A DNA stretch of 64,000 nt from Akkermansia muciniphila (GCA_945900785.1 CAMDJM010000004.1:15512-79511); one strand, 5' to 3'. Counted from the first letter of the stretch, positions 48,301-57,184 are shown. Program-made: numbers and translations. The notes: generated from the letters alone by a model not told the origin.

Positions 48301-50468
48301 CTGCCGCCACCAGCCTCCTCGGCCTTCGCGCTGCCAATCCCGCAGTCATCGGCATGGTGACCAAAATCCTTGGCACCGATGCCAGCCCGTCCCTGCAAAG
48401 CAATCTGATCACGACCTTGGGAACCCTGAACGAACCCAGCCTCGGTCCGGTCATCTGCGGCCTTTACAGCAAACTCCCCGCGCCCGTCCAATCGGCTGCG
48501 TTCGAAATGCTGCTGAAGCGCGCCGATTGGTCCATCGCCCTGCTCGACGCCTTGGCCGCCAAACAGGTGGACGCCAGCTCCTTCGGTCCTGCCAGTGCCT
48601 ACCGCCTGCGCACCTACCCTGACAAAGCTGTGGCGAAGCGCGCGACCGAGATGCTCGATCAGTTGAACCCTATGGCCAAAGCCAAGGATGAGATCATCGC
48701 CAGGCTCTCCCCCCTCGTTTCCAAACAAGGTGACGCCGCCCGCGGCAAGCTGATGTTCACCGCCAGTTGTGCCACCTGCCACAAGCTGGGCAAGGATGGA
48801 GCCGACATTGGACCGGCCCTCACCGGCATGGGCAGCCATGGCCCAGCGGAACTCCTCACCGCGATTGTCGACCCCAACCGCGAAGTCGATCCTTCGTTCC
48901 TCGCTTGGAATATCGAAACCAAGGACGGCCAGTTTTACGCCGGAGCCATCGCCCGCGAGAACTCCGCCAGCATCACCCTGAAGAGCCTCGCCGGCCAGCA
49001 GGAAATCAAAGTCGCCGACATCAGGAGCCGCACCAACACCGGCCGTTCCCTGATGCCGGAAGGTTTCGACGGCCTTGGTGAGGAAATGCTCCGCGACATC
49101 CTGACTTACATCGTCTCCAGCGATGGCGGGAAGTTCCGCACTCTCGACCTCCGTCCCGCCTTTACCAGCAGCACCTCCGGCGGCCTTTACATCAGCCCCG
49201 AAAACAAGGATGACACCATCATGCTGCGGAAAGCCGGCACCGTAATGGTCGAAGGCGTCCCCTTCAATGTCATCACCCCGGAGAAAAATCCCTCCGGCAA
49301 CGTCGTGGTGCTCAAAGGTGGCGGCGGCTTCGCCTTGTCCATGCCGCAGAAGGTGGAAGTTTCTGGAGGAGGCTTCAAGGCGAACCGCCTGCACTTCCTC
49401 GGCGGCATTGCTGGCTGGGGTGCCCAAGGCCCCGGGAAAAAATCTCCGGCCATGAAGGTTACCGTCAATTTTGCCGACGGACAAAAAGAGGAGATCATGG
49501 CTTATGATGGCGTGGAATTTGCCGACTACATCGGCCGCTACGAAGTGCCCGGTTCCAAGTTCGTTCCCGGTTTGCTCCGCAACGGTGCCCAACTCCGCTG
49601 GTATACCAAGCTCCTCCAGCACACCGGAGAGATCGCCACGGTGATCATGGAAAGCTTCGGCAATGAAGTGGCTCCCACCACGCTAGCGGTCACGGCCGAA
49701 CTGGCCGATCCCGGCGCACCTTCTCCTGGGGTGCTGACTCCTGCTACTCCCGCTCCATCCAAGGCTCCTGCCCCCGCACCAGCACCGAAAGTCAGTGCTG
49801 CCGAAGCCCCCCAGGCCTGGGGACAGGGCACTAAGGTATTGTTAGCTGGCGGGGGATCTTCCCACGACTTCCAGAAGTTCTTCAACCAAGCGGATACCGC
49901 CATCCTCAAAGCCGGTGGATACGCCGTTCAATACACGGAAAACTTCCAGACTGCCGCAGACAAGCTGGCTGAGGCAGATGTGCTGGTCTTCAGCACCAAT
50001 CAGGGCAGCTTCGCCAACGTCACTTTTCGTGCCGCGCTCGATCAGTTTGCCGCCAAAGGCAAAGGCATCGTCCTCCTGCATGCCGGTATGTGGTATAACT
50101 TCAAGGACTGGCCCGAGTTCAACAAGGTCTACGCCGGTGGCGGCTCCCGTGGCCACGACAACTTATCCAAACCCTTCAGCGTCACCGTGAGGCAGCCCGC
50201 CCATCCCATCATGAAGGGCGTCCCTGCCACCTTTGAACTGACTGACGAACTCTACTACATGATCCCGGATCCCGCTGGTTCCCCCATCGACGTCCTCGCC
50301 GAAGCCACCAGCGTGCAAAGCGGCAAGGTCTTCCCCAGCATCTTCACCGTGAAGCACGACAAAGCCCGCATCGCCGGCGTCGCTCTCGGCCACGACGCCC
50401 GCGCCCACGACCTGCCTGCTTTCCAGACCCTTCTGAAAAATGCCGTGGCCTGGGCTGCCGGCCCGTAA
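45309..50468 (+). CDS. giant PVC-type heme-binding (CxxCH) membrane-bound-dehydrogenase-domain protein flanked by ThuA-like domains at both ends
   Basis: The start is taken at ATG 45309 (MKLTFFSLGLLVLSGMASLAA). An N-terminal ThuA-like region reads LRVFIRGG...GGLVVVHTA. The dehydrogenase-domain motif is FDWDPAGRLWVAETPEYPNG. HEAT-like repeats follow. The heme motif CATCH is at 48768-48782, with SLMPEGF. The C-terminal ThuA-like region reads KVLLAGGGSSHDF...GIVLLHAG. Confidence 0.85.
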   Translation: MKLTFFSLGLLVLSGMASLAADPLRVFIRGGVKSHAPGAHEHARFLKDWQPLLASRGMKVDGGMDLPSDDQLKQTDVLLMYAQDGGTVPPSRWASFDEYLKRGGGLVVVHTAAVSLQEDHWKTTIGGCWRRNATKWKEGPMDLYYVENQRPDGGSPITRNASNFHIDDEIYYDMDVSPDVRVLATSYTPNVKEGRQPAEGNKTHIYDIQPQMWTYERTVEGGSTPYRAFVSIPGHLYTTFEKPHYRAILMRGIAWAGKRANTDEFCSPEELSSLTYPEGGPQKPAETLKHLEIHPDFDMTLVTAEPLITKPMNFDWDPAGRLWVAETPEYPNGRRGMRPDYRGKEWKDHGGLEPQPGKQDRPGIDKVSILTDTNGDGVMDKKDVFYQGLDLVTGLVFHKDGVIVTQAPDILFLRDTDGDGKADKVEKLYTGLGTGDTHAVINNPRMGWDGWIYATHGYSASPDVTSGDGSQHFGGIGSGVVRFKPDGSKIEQFSSKGGNTWGLTITGDNRFMWTQPTSGTLLNQVVLPEYVLARGKVANTASFKTIIADRKSYPSIPYENLPYVQIDRVGDFTAAAGSVVYDGGAWPAEYNGDYFTTEPTINVIHHERLTAKTTSYEAAKLPGREETEFVRSTDMWWRPIEVRTGPDGAMYVGDFYNQAVIHNDTRGPDHNAVNAAVRPDRDHYFGRIWRIQHKQAKKLEVPDLAKAGATQLAAALGHVNSNIRMTASRLLIQGGKGAELVIPLLKDTAPETRIAAIWTLKGLRALEAWMLKDAIESDGSILVRRNACNVAESVNMDGQGLVQGVKSSVGGSNGLNDEDATVRLATLRLLASMEISDGTARQIIAAWPKLDDDFQRSAAIGAASRNPAASIAAALDSPDAPALTPLVAQLVETMCREHNAAGAAALVLKLADKPASVDAIKQTILDTFAVKLDEAPAMSPELTAALGKLLSSGVSGSALPVAAKWDRAGTLKPEIEKITTGIVAKLGDASASEEVRFAAATSLLGLRAANPAVIGMVTKILGTDASPSLQSNLITTLGTLNEPSLGPVICGLYSKLPAPVQSAAFEMLLKRADWSIALLDALAAKQVDASSFGPASAYRLRTYPDKAVAKRATEMLDQLNPMAKAKDEIIARLSPLVSKQGDAARGKLMFTASCATCHKLGKDGADIGPALTGMGSHGPAELLTAIVDPNREVDPSFLAWNIETKDGQFYAGAIARENSASITLKSLAGQQEIKVADIRSRTNTGRSLMPEGFDGLGEEMLRDILTYIVSSDGGKFRTLDLRPAFTSSTSGGLYISPENKDDTIMLRKAGTVMVEGVPFNVITPEKNPSGNVVVLKGGGGFALSMPQKVEVSGGGFKANRLHFLGGIAGWGAQGPGKKSPAMKVTVNFADGQKEEIMAYDGVEFADYIGRYEVPGSKFVPGLLRNGAQLRWYTKLLQHTGEIATVIMESFGNEVAPTTLAVTAELADPGAPSPGVLTPATPAPSKAPAPAPAPKVSAAEAPQAWGQGTKVLLAGGGSSHDFQKFFNQADTAILKAGGYAVQYTENFQTAADKLAEADVLVFSTNQGSFANVTFRAALDQFAAKGKGIVLLHAGMWYNFKDWPEFNKVYAGGGSRGHDNLSKPFSVTVRQPAHPIMKGVPATFELTDELYYMIPDPAGSPIDVLAEATSVQSGKVFPSIFTVKHDKARIAGVALGHDARAHDLPAFQTLLKNAVAWAAGP

Positions 50469-50514
50469 ATTCCCTGAGATTGCCGCAAGGCCCTCGCCCT
50501 TGGCATCCCGTGAT

Positions 50515-51369
50515 TCAAGGCTTGCCCGGGGTGATGGGCACCGCGATGGAGGCGTAGGGGGAGCTTTGAGTGTTTTGCCAGGAACCTGGGGAATAGAGAA
50601 GGCCGCAGAGTTTGGTTTGGTCCGCCGGCAGGAAGTCAGACAGTTCGAGCCGGACCCGCCAGGCGGTGGCGGATTTTTCCCAGTGCTGGACCGGATGGGA
50701 GCAGATCAGGTTATCGAAGGAGAAGAACTGGGGGGAGTCCGGCAACAGAGTGCCGGCGGGAGGAGTGGCCGTTAACTCAATTTCCTTTTCCAGCCGCTGG
50801 GCGGTGAGGGTCCAGCCTTGCAGGGCCGGCGGCTGGGAGTGGAGAAGCTCTTTGAACTTTGAGGACCAGAGGGGGTCCGCCACGGTGGCCGGTCCGGCAT
50901 TCAGCGTGAGGGAAAGGGTGGCAAAGCCAGGATTGCAGGTGCGCTGACAGGCCATCCAGGTGGTGGCGACGGGGATGTTGACCGGTCCAGGCGGGAGGCT
51001 GGCGGGAGCGGTGATGGGCAGGGCGATGAGGACATCGTGCTCATAGCCGTGCACGCGGATGCTGGCCATCCTGACTTTGTCAGGAGGCGGATAGATCAGC
51101 GCCCCGGCGGTGAAACCTGGGGGCAGGGTGGGGACGGGTTTGGTGGCGACGCCGGCCAGTCCGGGATTTTGCCAATAGGTGTGGTAGCCGGGATCATGGC
51201 GGAGCCAGAGCCCAAGGTGGAAGGTCTGGCCGGGCTGGATGGTGGTGGCATCGGAGATCAGCTGGACGCTAAGGCCTTTGCCCGTGAAGCTGGCGGGAGC
51301 TTCTGCGGCGCACGATGGGCTGGCAGGGAGGGCACAACTCAGGAGCAGGACTGGCAGGAATCGGAACAT
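50515..51369 (-). CDS. DsbD N-terminal-domain-like (thiol:disulfide interchange) secreted protein
   Basis: 284 aa with a signal peptide. It contains HLGLWLRHDPGYHTYWQNPGLAGVATK and WMACQRTCNPG. Confidence 0.75.
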   Translation of the reverse strand: MFRFLPVLLLSCALPASPSCAAEAPASFTGKGLSVQLISDATTIQPGQTFHLGLWLRHDPGYHTYWQNPGLAGVATKPVPTLPPGFTAGALIYPPPDKVRMASIRVHGYEHDVLIALPITAPASLPPGPVNIPVATTWMACQRTCNPGFATLSLTLNAGPATVADPLWSSKFKELLHSQPPALQGWTLTAQRLEKEIELTATPPAGTLLPDSPQFFSFDNLICSHPVQHWEKSATAWRVRLELSDFLPADQTKLCGLLYSPGSWQNTQSSPYASIAVPITPGKP

Positions 51370-51474
51370 GGAGCAAATACCGGGAGGTGCGGGGGTTTTT
51401 TTCAGGAGGGAAAGACGCGCGGGTGGGAGGAAACCTCTGGAAGTGGCGTAGTTCCAGTCTTATTCCATTCTTTT

Positions 51475-53811
51475 ATGCGAGCGTCTTTGCAGTATTCTTT
51501 TTTGCCACTGATTTCCCTGCTGGTAGTGACTGCGTCCCTGCGGGCGCAGGACACGGCGGCGCGGCCGGAGCCGGGGCATTCCCTGCATGGGGAGCCTTTC
51601 AGTGAGGGGCCGAGGCGGCGTGGACCACTCTTGTCAGGCATGGGGCAGGTTTCCTTTCCGGTGACGGCGTCGAACGTGGAAGCGCAACAATGGTTCAATC
51701 AGGGCGTGGCCCAATTGCATGGATTCTGGTGGTGGGAGGCAGAGCGCTCGTTCCGCACCGTGCTGGCGCTGGATCCGGAATGCCGGATGGCGAATTGGGG
51801 CCTGGCGATGGCGAATCTGGAGAATGAACCCCGGGCCCGGGCCTTTCTCGCCAAGGAAACCGGGGCGGTGCTGGACAAGCTAACCCCGCGTGAGAAGGCC
51901 TGGATGGCAGCGCTGCGGAAGTTTCTTGAGGAGACCAAGGACGACGATGGGCGGAAAAAGTCGGCCCGGCAATTCTTGTCAGATCTCGAACAGATCGCCA
52001 CGGATTTTCCGGATGATTTGGAGGCGAAGGCCTTTGTGCTGGGGCAGCAGTGGAGCCTGAAGAGCCGCCTGGGCCTGGATAGCGCCAGTCATTTCGCGAT
52101 GGATCTGATCGGCCGGGCGGTGCTGGAGGAACAGGCGGATCATCCGGTGCATCACTATCTGATTCACCTCTGGGACGGTGATAAAACGGCGCGGGCGCTC
52201 GCCGCGGCAGCGCAGTGTGGTCCGGCAGCTCCGGGGATTGCCCACATGTGGCATATGCCTGGACATATTTATTCCGGCCTGCAGCGCTGGAGGGATGCAG
52301 CATGGCAGCAGGAGGCGGCGGCGCGGGTGGATCATGAGCGGATGATCCGCTCCCACACCATGCCGGACCAGATCCACAACTTTGCCCATAACAGTGAATG
52401 GCTGGTGCGGAACCTGAACAATCTGGGCCGGGTGGCGGATGCCCTCACGATTTCTTCGAATCTGATCGAAATGCCGCGCATCCCCCGATCGGGCAAGGTG
52501 ACGGATCATCCTGACCAGAAGTATGCGGAAAAGGGTGCCTGGGAACAGGGCCGGAACCGCCTGCGGGATACCCTGCTGGCCTGGGAGCGCTGGGACCTCG
52601 CGCTGGAATTGGCGGAGACTCCCTGGCTGGTGGAGGCAGGCCATGAAAAGGAACGTTGGCAGCGGGCGCAACTGCTGGCGCTGGCGGCTTTCCGCACCGG
52701 GGACGTGGTGAAGGGGGAGGCGGGCCTGGCGGATTTTGAAAAACGGGTGGCCGCGGTGCGGGCCGAACGCGCGGCGGCGGTAGACGCGGCTGACCGAGCG
52801 GCACGTGATGGGAAAAAGGACGCCAAGGCGGTTCAGGAAGCGATGGCAGAGGCGCTGAAGCCTTTCACGCCGCGGTTGGATGCGATGGAGCCGGCCATGG
52901 CGGAGTTGCAGGTGCTGGCGGATCTGGCGCAGGGGAGGAAGGCAGAGGCCCGGGCAAAACTGGACCGCTTGAACGGGATTCACGATCAGCGGCTCATCGC
53001 GATCCGGATGGAGCTGACGGATTTTGACAAGGCGGTGGAACTGGCCGTGAACTATGCGAACCGCAGCGACAGCCAGGTGCAGCCGCAGGCGATCCTGACG
53101 GAAGTGCGCTGGCGGGCCGGGCAGCACGGGGAAGCGGTCAAAGTCTTTGCGGAGTTGCGGAAGATGGCGGGTGCGGCGGATTTGGACACGCCGCTGCTGG
53201 CCAGGCTGGCTCCGGTCGCAGCGGCGGCGGGAGTGACCGGGGATTGGCGGCAACCCGCTCCGCCAGCGGCGGATTTGGGAGCCCGGCCTGCGCTGGAGGT
53301 GTTGGGCCCGATGCGTTGGGAAGGCTGGATGGCTCCGGCCTGGACGGCGGTGGCCCCGGATGGATCAGTCAAAGGGCACGCTGCCTTGGCGGGGCGGCCC
53401 TACGTGGCGCTGCTGGTGCTGGGCGGAACCTGTGGCCACTGCAACGAGCAGATCAAGGCCTTCGGGGATCAGACAGCAGCCTATAAGTCTGCGGACCTGC
53501 CAGTGGTGGTGGTCACCGTGGACAAGCCGGAGGATCTGCCGGCGGATCCGGCGCTGCCGGTCTGGAGTGGTGTGGACACCACCGCGTTCAAGGCGCTGGA
53601 TGCCTGGGATGATTTTGAAAACCAGCCCCTGCACACCACGGTGCTGGTGGATGCCACAGGCCGGATCCGCTGGCAGCATAGCGGTTATGAACCCTTCATG
53701 CGCCCTGACTTTTTGCTGGAGGAAGCGCAGCGCTTGTTTAAATTCGACCGCACCCGCCCGGCGGCCCTGGCGGCGGTGGCGGCATTGCCAAAACAGGCTA
53801 ACGGAAAATGA
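51475..53811 (+). CDS. secreted TPR-like repeat protein with a C-terminal thioredoxin-fold (redoxin) domain
   Basis: The start is taken at ATG 51475 (MRASLQYSFLPLISLLVVTASLRAQD); the tracked ORF 51037.. is antisense to the neighbouring gene over its 5' part. A helical repeat body is followed by a C-terminal YVALLVLGGTCGHCNEQIKAF...TVLVDATGRIRW. Confidence 0.75.
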   Translation: MRASLQYSFLPLISLLVVTASLRAQDTAARPEPGHSLHGEPFSEGPRRRGPLLSGMGQVSFPVTASNVEAQQWFNQGVAQLHGFWWWEAERSFRTVLALDPECRMANWGLAMANLENEPRARAFLAKETGAVLDKLTPREKAWMAALRKFLEETKDDDGRKKSARQFLSDLEQIATDFPDDLEAKAFVLGQQWSLKSRLGLDSASHFAMDLIGRAVLEEQADHPVHHYLIHLWDGDKTARALAAAAQCGPAAPGIAHMWHMPGHIYSGLQRWRDAAWQQEAAARVDHERMIRSHTMPDQIHNFAHNSEWLVRNLNNLGRVADALTISSNLIEMPRIPRSGKVTDHPDQKYAEKGAWEQGRNRLRDTLLAWERWDLALELAETPWLVEAGHEKERWQRAQLLALAAFRTGDVVKGEAGLADFEKRVAAVRAERAAAVDAADRAARDGKKDAKAVQEAMAEALKPFTPRLDAMEPAMAELQVLADLAQGRKAEARAKLDRLNGIHDQRLIAIRMELTDFDKAVELAVNYANRSDSQVQPQAILTEVRWRAGQHGEAVKVFAELRKMAGAADLDTPLLARLAPVAAAAGVTGDWRQPAPPAADLGARPALEVLGPMRWEGWMAPAWTAVAPDGSVKGHAALAGRPYVALLVLGGTCGHCNEQIKAFGDQTAAYKSADLPVVVVTVDKPEDLPADPALPVWSGVDTTAFKALDAWDDFENQPLHTTVLVDATGRIRWQHSGYEPFMRPDFLLEEAQRLFKFDRTRPAALAAVAALPKQANGK

Positions 53812-53815
53812 TGGT

Positions 53816-54337
53816 GTGACCGAGCTGATCCTGAACCGCGAACACTACACGCGACTGATTGCGGAGGAGGTGCCGCAGGCGAAGGTGTTTTTGTGGATCG
53901 CGACGGCGGATTTAAAGGATCTGCATGTCTCCCGGGGGAAGCGGTTCGTGCCGTTTCTCGCCGTGCTCGCGGATCTGGTGGGGCAGGGGGTTTATGTTAG
54001 GCTGATGCACGCCAGGGAGCCCGGCCCGCGCTTCCGGGAGGACTTTGACAAATATCCGGACCTGCTGCACCCGGAACTGTTCGAACGCATCCTTTGCCCC
54101 CGGCTGCACACCAAGGCAGTGATCATTGATGGGCGGCTGGCTTACCTGGGCAGTGCCAACCTGACCGGGGCCGGTATCGGGGCCAAGAACGACCACCGCC
54201 GGAACTGGGAAGCGGGGATTTTAACGGATGATCCCAAGCTGGTGGAGCCGCTGATGGAGGAGCTGGATACCCTGTGGCGCGGGGAACATTGCCCATCCTG
54301 CCAGCGGCGGGAGGTTTGTCCGGATCCCATTGCCTGA
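53816..54337 (+). CDS. single-HKD phospholipase-D-superfamily protein (Nuc-like size)
   Basis: The HKD motif is HTKAVIIDGRLAYLGSANLTGAG. I take the start at GTG 53816, 5 nt after the upstream stop; the tracked ORF start at 53360 overlaps the previous gene. The C-terminal tail is HCPSCQRREVC. Confidence 0.7.
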   Translation: MTELILNREHYTRLIAEEVPQAKVFLWIATADLKDLHVSRGKRFVPFLAVLADLVGQGVYVRLMHAREPGPRFREDFDKYPDLLHPELFERILCPRLHTKAVIIDGRLAYLGSANLTGAGIGAKNDHRRNWEAGILTDDPKLVEPLMEELDTLWRGEHCPSCQRREVCPDPIA

Positions 54338-54347
54338 AGGGGCAGCG

Positions 54348-55793
54348 TCAGGGTTTTACCCAGGCATCCAAGGCGGTGGCGAAGGCAGGGTCGGTGGCGT
54401 GGGAGAGGGTGACGGAGGTGTTGTCCGCGCTGAGGGTGAGGCGGAGGATGCGGCGGGGATCGTCGACACGGAATTGGCCGGGGGTGGCATCGTATTCCCT
54501 TCGCCAGGGGATGGAGAAGCGCTGCATGAGGACGCGGCGCAGGTAGTCGAAGAATTCCCGGGCTTCGGCGGGGCTGCGCCAGGCGGTTTTCCAGTAAAGG
54601 TGATCGCCGAAGCCGGTTTCGCCAGGCCAGATGGCGTAGCGGTCGCCAGCCCAGCCTTCGCTGGCTTTGGCGGATTCCTCTACGGTGAGCCAGCCATGGA
54701 GGGCGAGGTAGGTGCCGAATTCCCCGGCGGTATTCTGGTAAAGGGGGGCGGTGCCGGCGATTCCGGCCTGGGGCAGCTCGATGGCGAGAGGCTCAAAGGG
54801 GGGATTGCTGAAGTAGAGTTCTTCCGGGTGGAGAATTTCGGCAGAGGAGCGGGGCGGGCGGCGATAGGCGGCATCGATGGCGGCATTGCCTCCCTTGCCG
54901 GCGAGGGTTTCGATGAAATGGCTGCCGCGGTCCTGGGCAAATTTCCAGATTTCAGCAAGGTAGGCGGGGGCGCTGTAGTTAGGTGGCGGGGCGGCGGGGG
55001 CTCCGTTGCGGTCGAAGTTGAGATTGAGCTGGTCGGAGATGCTGAAGCGCACGCGGGTGGTGTTGGCGTCGCCATTGGCGAGGCAGCGGGCGGCAAGGGC
55101 GGCGTCATCGTTGGGGGTTTCGGCCCAGGGCAGGGGGCCGCCGATTTTCTGGGAAGTGAGGGCGTTGGCCAGGCCTCCGATGAAGGCCTCGCGTCCATCG
55201 GCCCGGCCAAGCGAGGCTTCCGCGCGGTAGAAGAAGCGCTTTGCCCCCGCATCGTAAAATCCGCCATTGGACATCTGGGCGAGACTGATGGCAGCGGCAG
55301 GATAGTCGAAAATCTCCGGGGTGAAGCCCATCGCGACAGCGGCGCGGCTGCGGGCTTCTGCCAAGGTAAGGGGAAGCTGGGCTTCGACCTGGGTTTTGAT
55401 TTTTTCCAGGATGGCGTCCATGGCCACGGCTTCCCAGGTGGCCCCGGGATCCAAGGCGAGACCCCGCTGGGTGTTGAGCTGTTGGGCCAGATCGCCCGGG
55501 GTGGGGGGCGGCTTGGCGGCTTCGGCAGCCTTTTTGAGGTTTTGCACCTCGGCGGTCAGGGTGCTGAGGCGGGATTCGGTATCGGTGAGTTTTTTTTGCA
55601 GGCTTTCGCCTTGAGCGCGTAAAGTCACGGCTTTCTCCTGATCTGCGGTGGAGACTTCTCTGCGGTCGGATGCAAGTCGGCTGTCGGGCGCTTGCTGGAG
55701 ACGGGTTTGCCACACATTTTCCCGCCAGAGCAGGACGCCGGCGATGGAGGCGAAGGCGAGCAGATTTAAAAAAGGCCGGATCGGTGAACTCAT
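54348..55793 (-). CDS. membrane-anchored coiled-coil protein with a large uncharacterised extracytoplasmic domain
   Basis: 481 aa. The N-terminal anchor is MSSPIRPFLNLLAFASIAGVLLW, followed by a coiled coil (LQKKLTDTESRLSTLTAEVQNLKK) and a C-terminal ~350 aa with an EGWAGDRY motif. Confidence 0.7.
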   Translation of the reverse strand: MSSPIRPFLNLLAFASIAGVLLWRENVWQTRLQQAPDSRLASDRREVSTADQEKAVTLRAQGESLQKKLTDTESRLSTLTAEVQNLKKAAEAAKPPPTPGDLAQQLNTQRGLALDPGATWEAVAMDAILEKIKTQVEAQLPLTLAEARSRAAVAMGFTPEIFDYPAAAISLAQMSNGGFYDAGAKRFFYRAEASLGRADGREAFIGGLANALTSQKIGGPLPWAETPNDDAALAARCLANGDANTTRVRFSISDQLNLNFDRNGAPAAPPPNYSAPAYLAEIWKFAQDRGSHFIETLAGKGGNAAIDAAYRRPPRSSAEILHPEELYFSNPPFEPLAIELPQAGIAGTAPLYQNTAGEFGTYLALHGWLTVEESAKASEGWAGDRYAIWPGETGFGDHLYWKTAWRSPAEAREFFDYLRRVLMQRFSIPWRREYDATPGQFRVDDPRRILRLTLSADNTSVTLSHATDPAFATALDAWVKP

Positions 55794-55876
55794 GGGAAAA
55801 GGGGGGGCTGCCGGAGGATTCCTCCAAGCCTTGGCGAGCCGCCAAAGGAATTAGCGCAGGGATGGGGTTTCTCTGC

Positions 55877-56338
55877 TCAGGATTTTTTCCTTGGAATCCA
55901 AGGCAGGATGGGCCCGGACGTTTTGCTGGTATTTCCATTTAATTCAAACAGGCGGCCGCTCCGGAGCACGTTTTTTGAGTCGTAGGCCCATTGGGCGATC
56001 ATGTTGGAACCGATTTTCCGGGTCCCGGTGCTTTTGCCCTGGGTGGGACGGGGCTTGGCGGTTTCGACGGCTTTTTTCAGGGTCTCCGCCTCCGTCGTAA
56101 GAGCGTTGAGGCGGGTCTCGGCTTCGGCGAGCTTTTTCTGAAGGACTTCTGCTTCCACGCGCAGGGCCATTGTTTCATCCCGTCCGGCGGCGTAGATTTC
56201 CTTGGGGACATCGGGATCCACAGGGCTGGCGGAGGCCTGCTGGAGCCGGGACTGCCACACATTTTCCCGCCAAAGCAGGACTCCGGTGATGGAGGCGAAG
56301 GCGAGGAGATTAACTAAAGACCGGATGGGGGAAGACAT
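55877..56338 (-). CDS. small membrane-anchored coiled-coil protein, a mosaic of its two neighbours
   Basis: 153 aa. Of the first 35 residues, 30 are identical to the 54348..55793 product, and the coiled coil is homologous. The C-terminal KIGSNMIAQWAYDSKNVLRSGRLFELNGN matches NKISEWVYDRNNILCGGRLFSLNEKG of the 56425..57048 product. Confidence 0.7.
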   Translation of the reverse strand: MSSPIRSLVNLLAFASITGVLLWRENVWQSRLQQASASPVDPDVPKEIYAAGRDETMALRVEAEVLQKKLAEAETRLNALTTEAETLKKAVETAKPRPTQGKSTGTRKIGSNMIAQWAYDSKNVLRSGRLFELNGNTSKTSGPILPWIPRKKS

Positions 56339-56424
56339 GGGGAGGGAATGGGCTGCTGGAGGTTCAGCTTCTACAGCCGGAGGGGGGCCTGAGGTGGGAT
56401 TCAGCGCCGGAGGGGCAGGGTGGC

Positions 56425-57048
56425 TTAACGTTTTCTCCCGGGAAGCCAGGAACGGGGTGCGGTCTTGGCGGTCCGCTCACGGCTGGGGGCTGCCTCCTGC
56501 AAGGTTGGGGCACCGGTGCCCGTAGGCAAGCCGGGCTCGAATTCGTCCTCGTCCTTGGTCACGGGCACGATGGGCCGGACGGTGCCGGTGACCTGTCTGG
56601 GCGGGGCCGCCTTGTTATTGGGATCGAGATTGAAGGCGACCATGCGCCTGGCAAAGCGGGGGTCCTCCAAGGCTCCGGGGTAGTAGAGAATGCGGATGAG
56701 TTGGCCCTGGGCGTTCTTCAGTTCTTCCTTCAACATCTGTCCGGTTTGGGGATGGAAGGTGTTGATGGTGCTTCCGACGGGGTGTTTCTTTCCGTCGTAG
56801 ATCACGCCGTTGGTGATTTGGCCCTTCTCATTCAGGGAAAACAGGCGGCCGCCGCAGAGGATGTTGTTCCGGTCGTAGACCCACTCCGAGATTTTGTTGG
56901 ATCCGCCCATTTTCTGGGTTTCGGTGCGTTTCCCGTCGTTGTGCTTGAAGATGCGGCTCAGGGCGTCCGGCTCCTCCTGCTGGGCGGGGACAGCAGAGGG
57001 GAGTGCCAGGGCCAGAAGTAGACTGCAGGGGATCCAGGAAAAATTCAT
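56425..57048 (-). CDS. secreted hypothetical protein
   Basis: 207 aa with signal peptide MNFSWIPCSLLLALALPSAVPAQ. It shares a module with the 55877..56338 product. Confidence 0.7.
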   Translation of the reverse strand: MNFSWIPCSLLLALALPSAVPAQQEEPDALSRIFKHNDGKRTETQKMGGSNKISEWVYDRNNILCGGRLFSLNEKGQITNGVIYDGKKHPVGSTINTFHPQTGQMLKEELKNAQGQLIRILYYPGALEDPRFARRMVAFNLDPNNKAAPPRQVTGTVRPIVPVTKDEDEFEPGLPTGTGAPTLQEAAPSRERTAKTAPRSWLPGRKR

Positions 57049-57184
57049 GACTTTTCCAATATCACCAATCTGCGGACAGGGAAACCTTTTTGTGATCAGT
57101 ATTTGTTCATTTCAATCTCTTGCTCCTGGCGCGGAAATCCTTTAGAACTCACCGGAAATTCACCCACGCGATTTCTCCAAAACC

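Noticed and set aside
46716-49622. A 968-aa ORF on the minus strand. Similar long antisense ORFs occur at 3853..4962(+), 15923..17593(+), 20690..21712(-), 23732..25366(-), 27046..28350(-), 36031..37134(-), 54330..55622(+), 57149..58486(-) and 59893..61674(+).
   Set aside because: Each lies exactly opposite a gene with clear family motifs. Each has the Gly/Arg/Ala/Asp-rich composition typical of antisense frames in GC-rich DNA, and none has a recognisable motif. They are treated as shadow ORFs.
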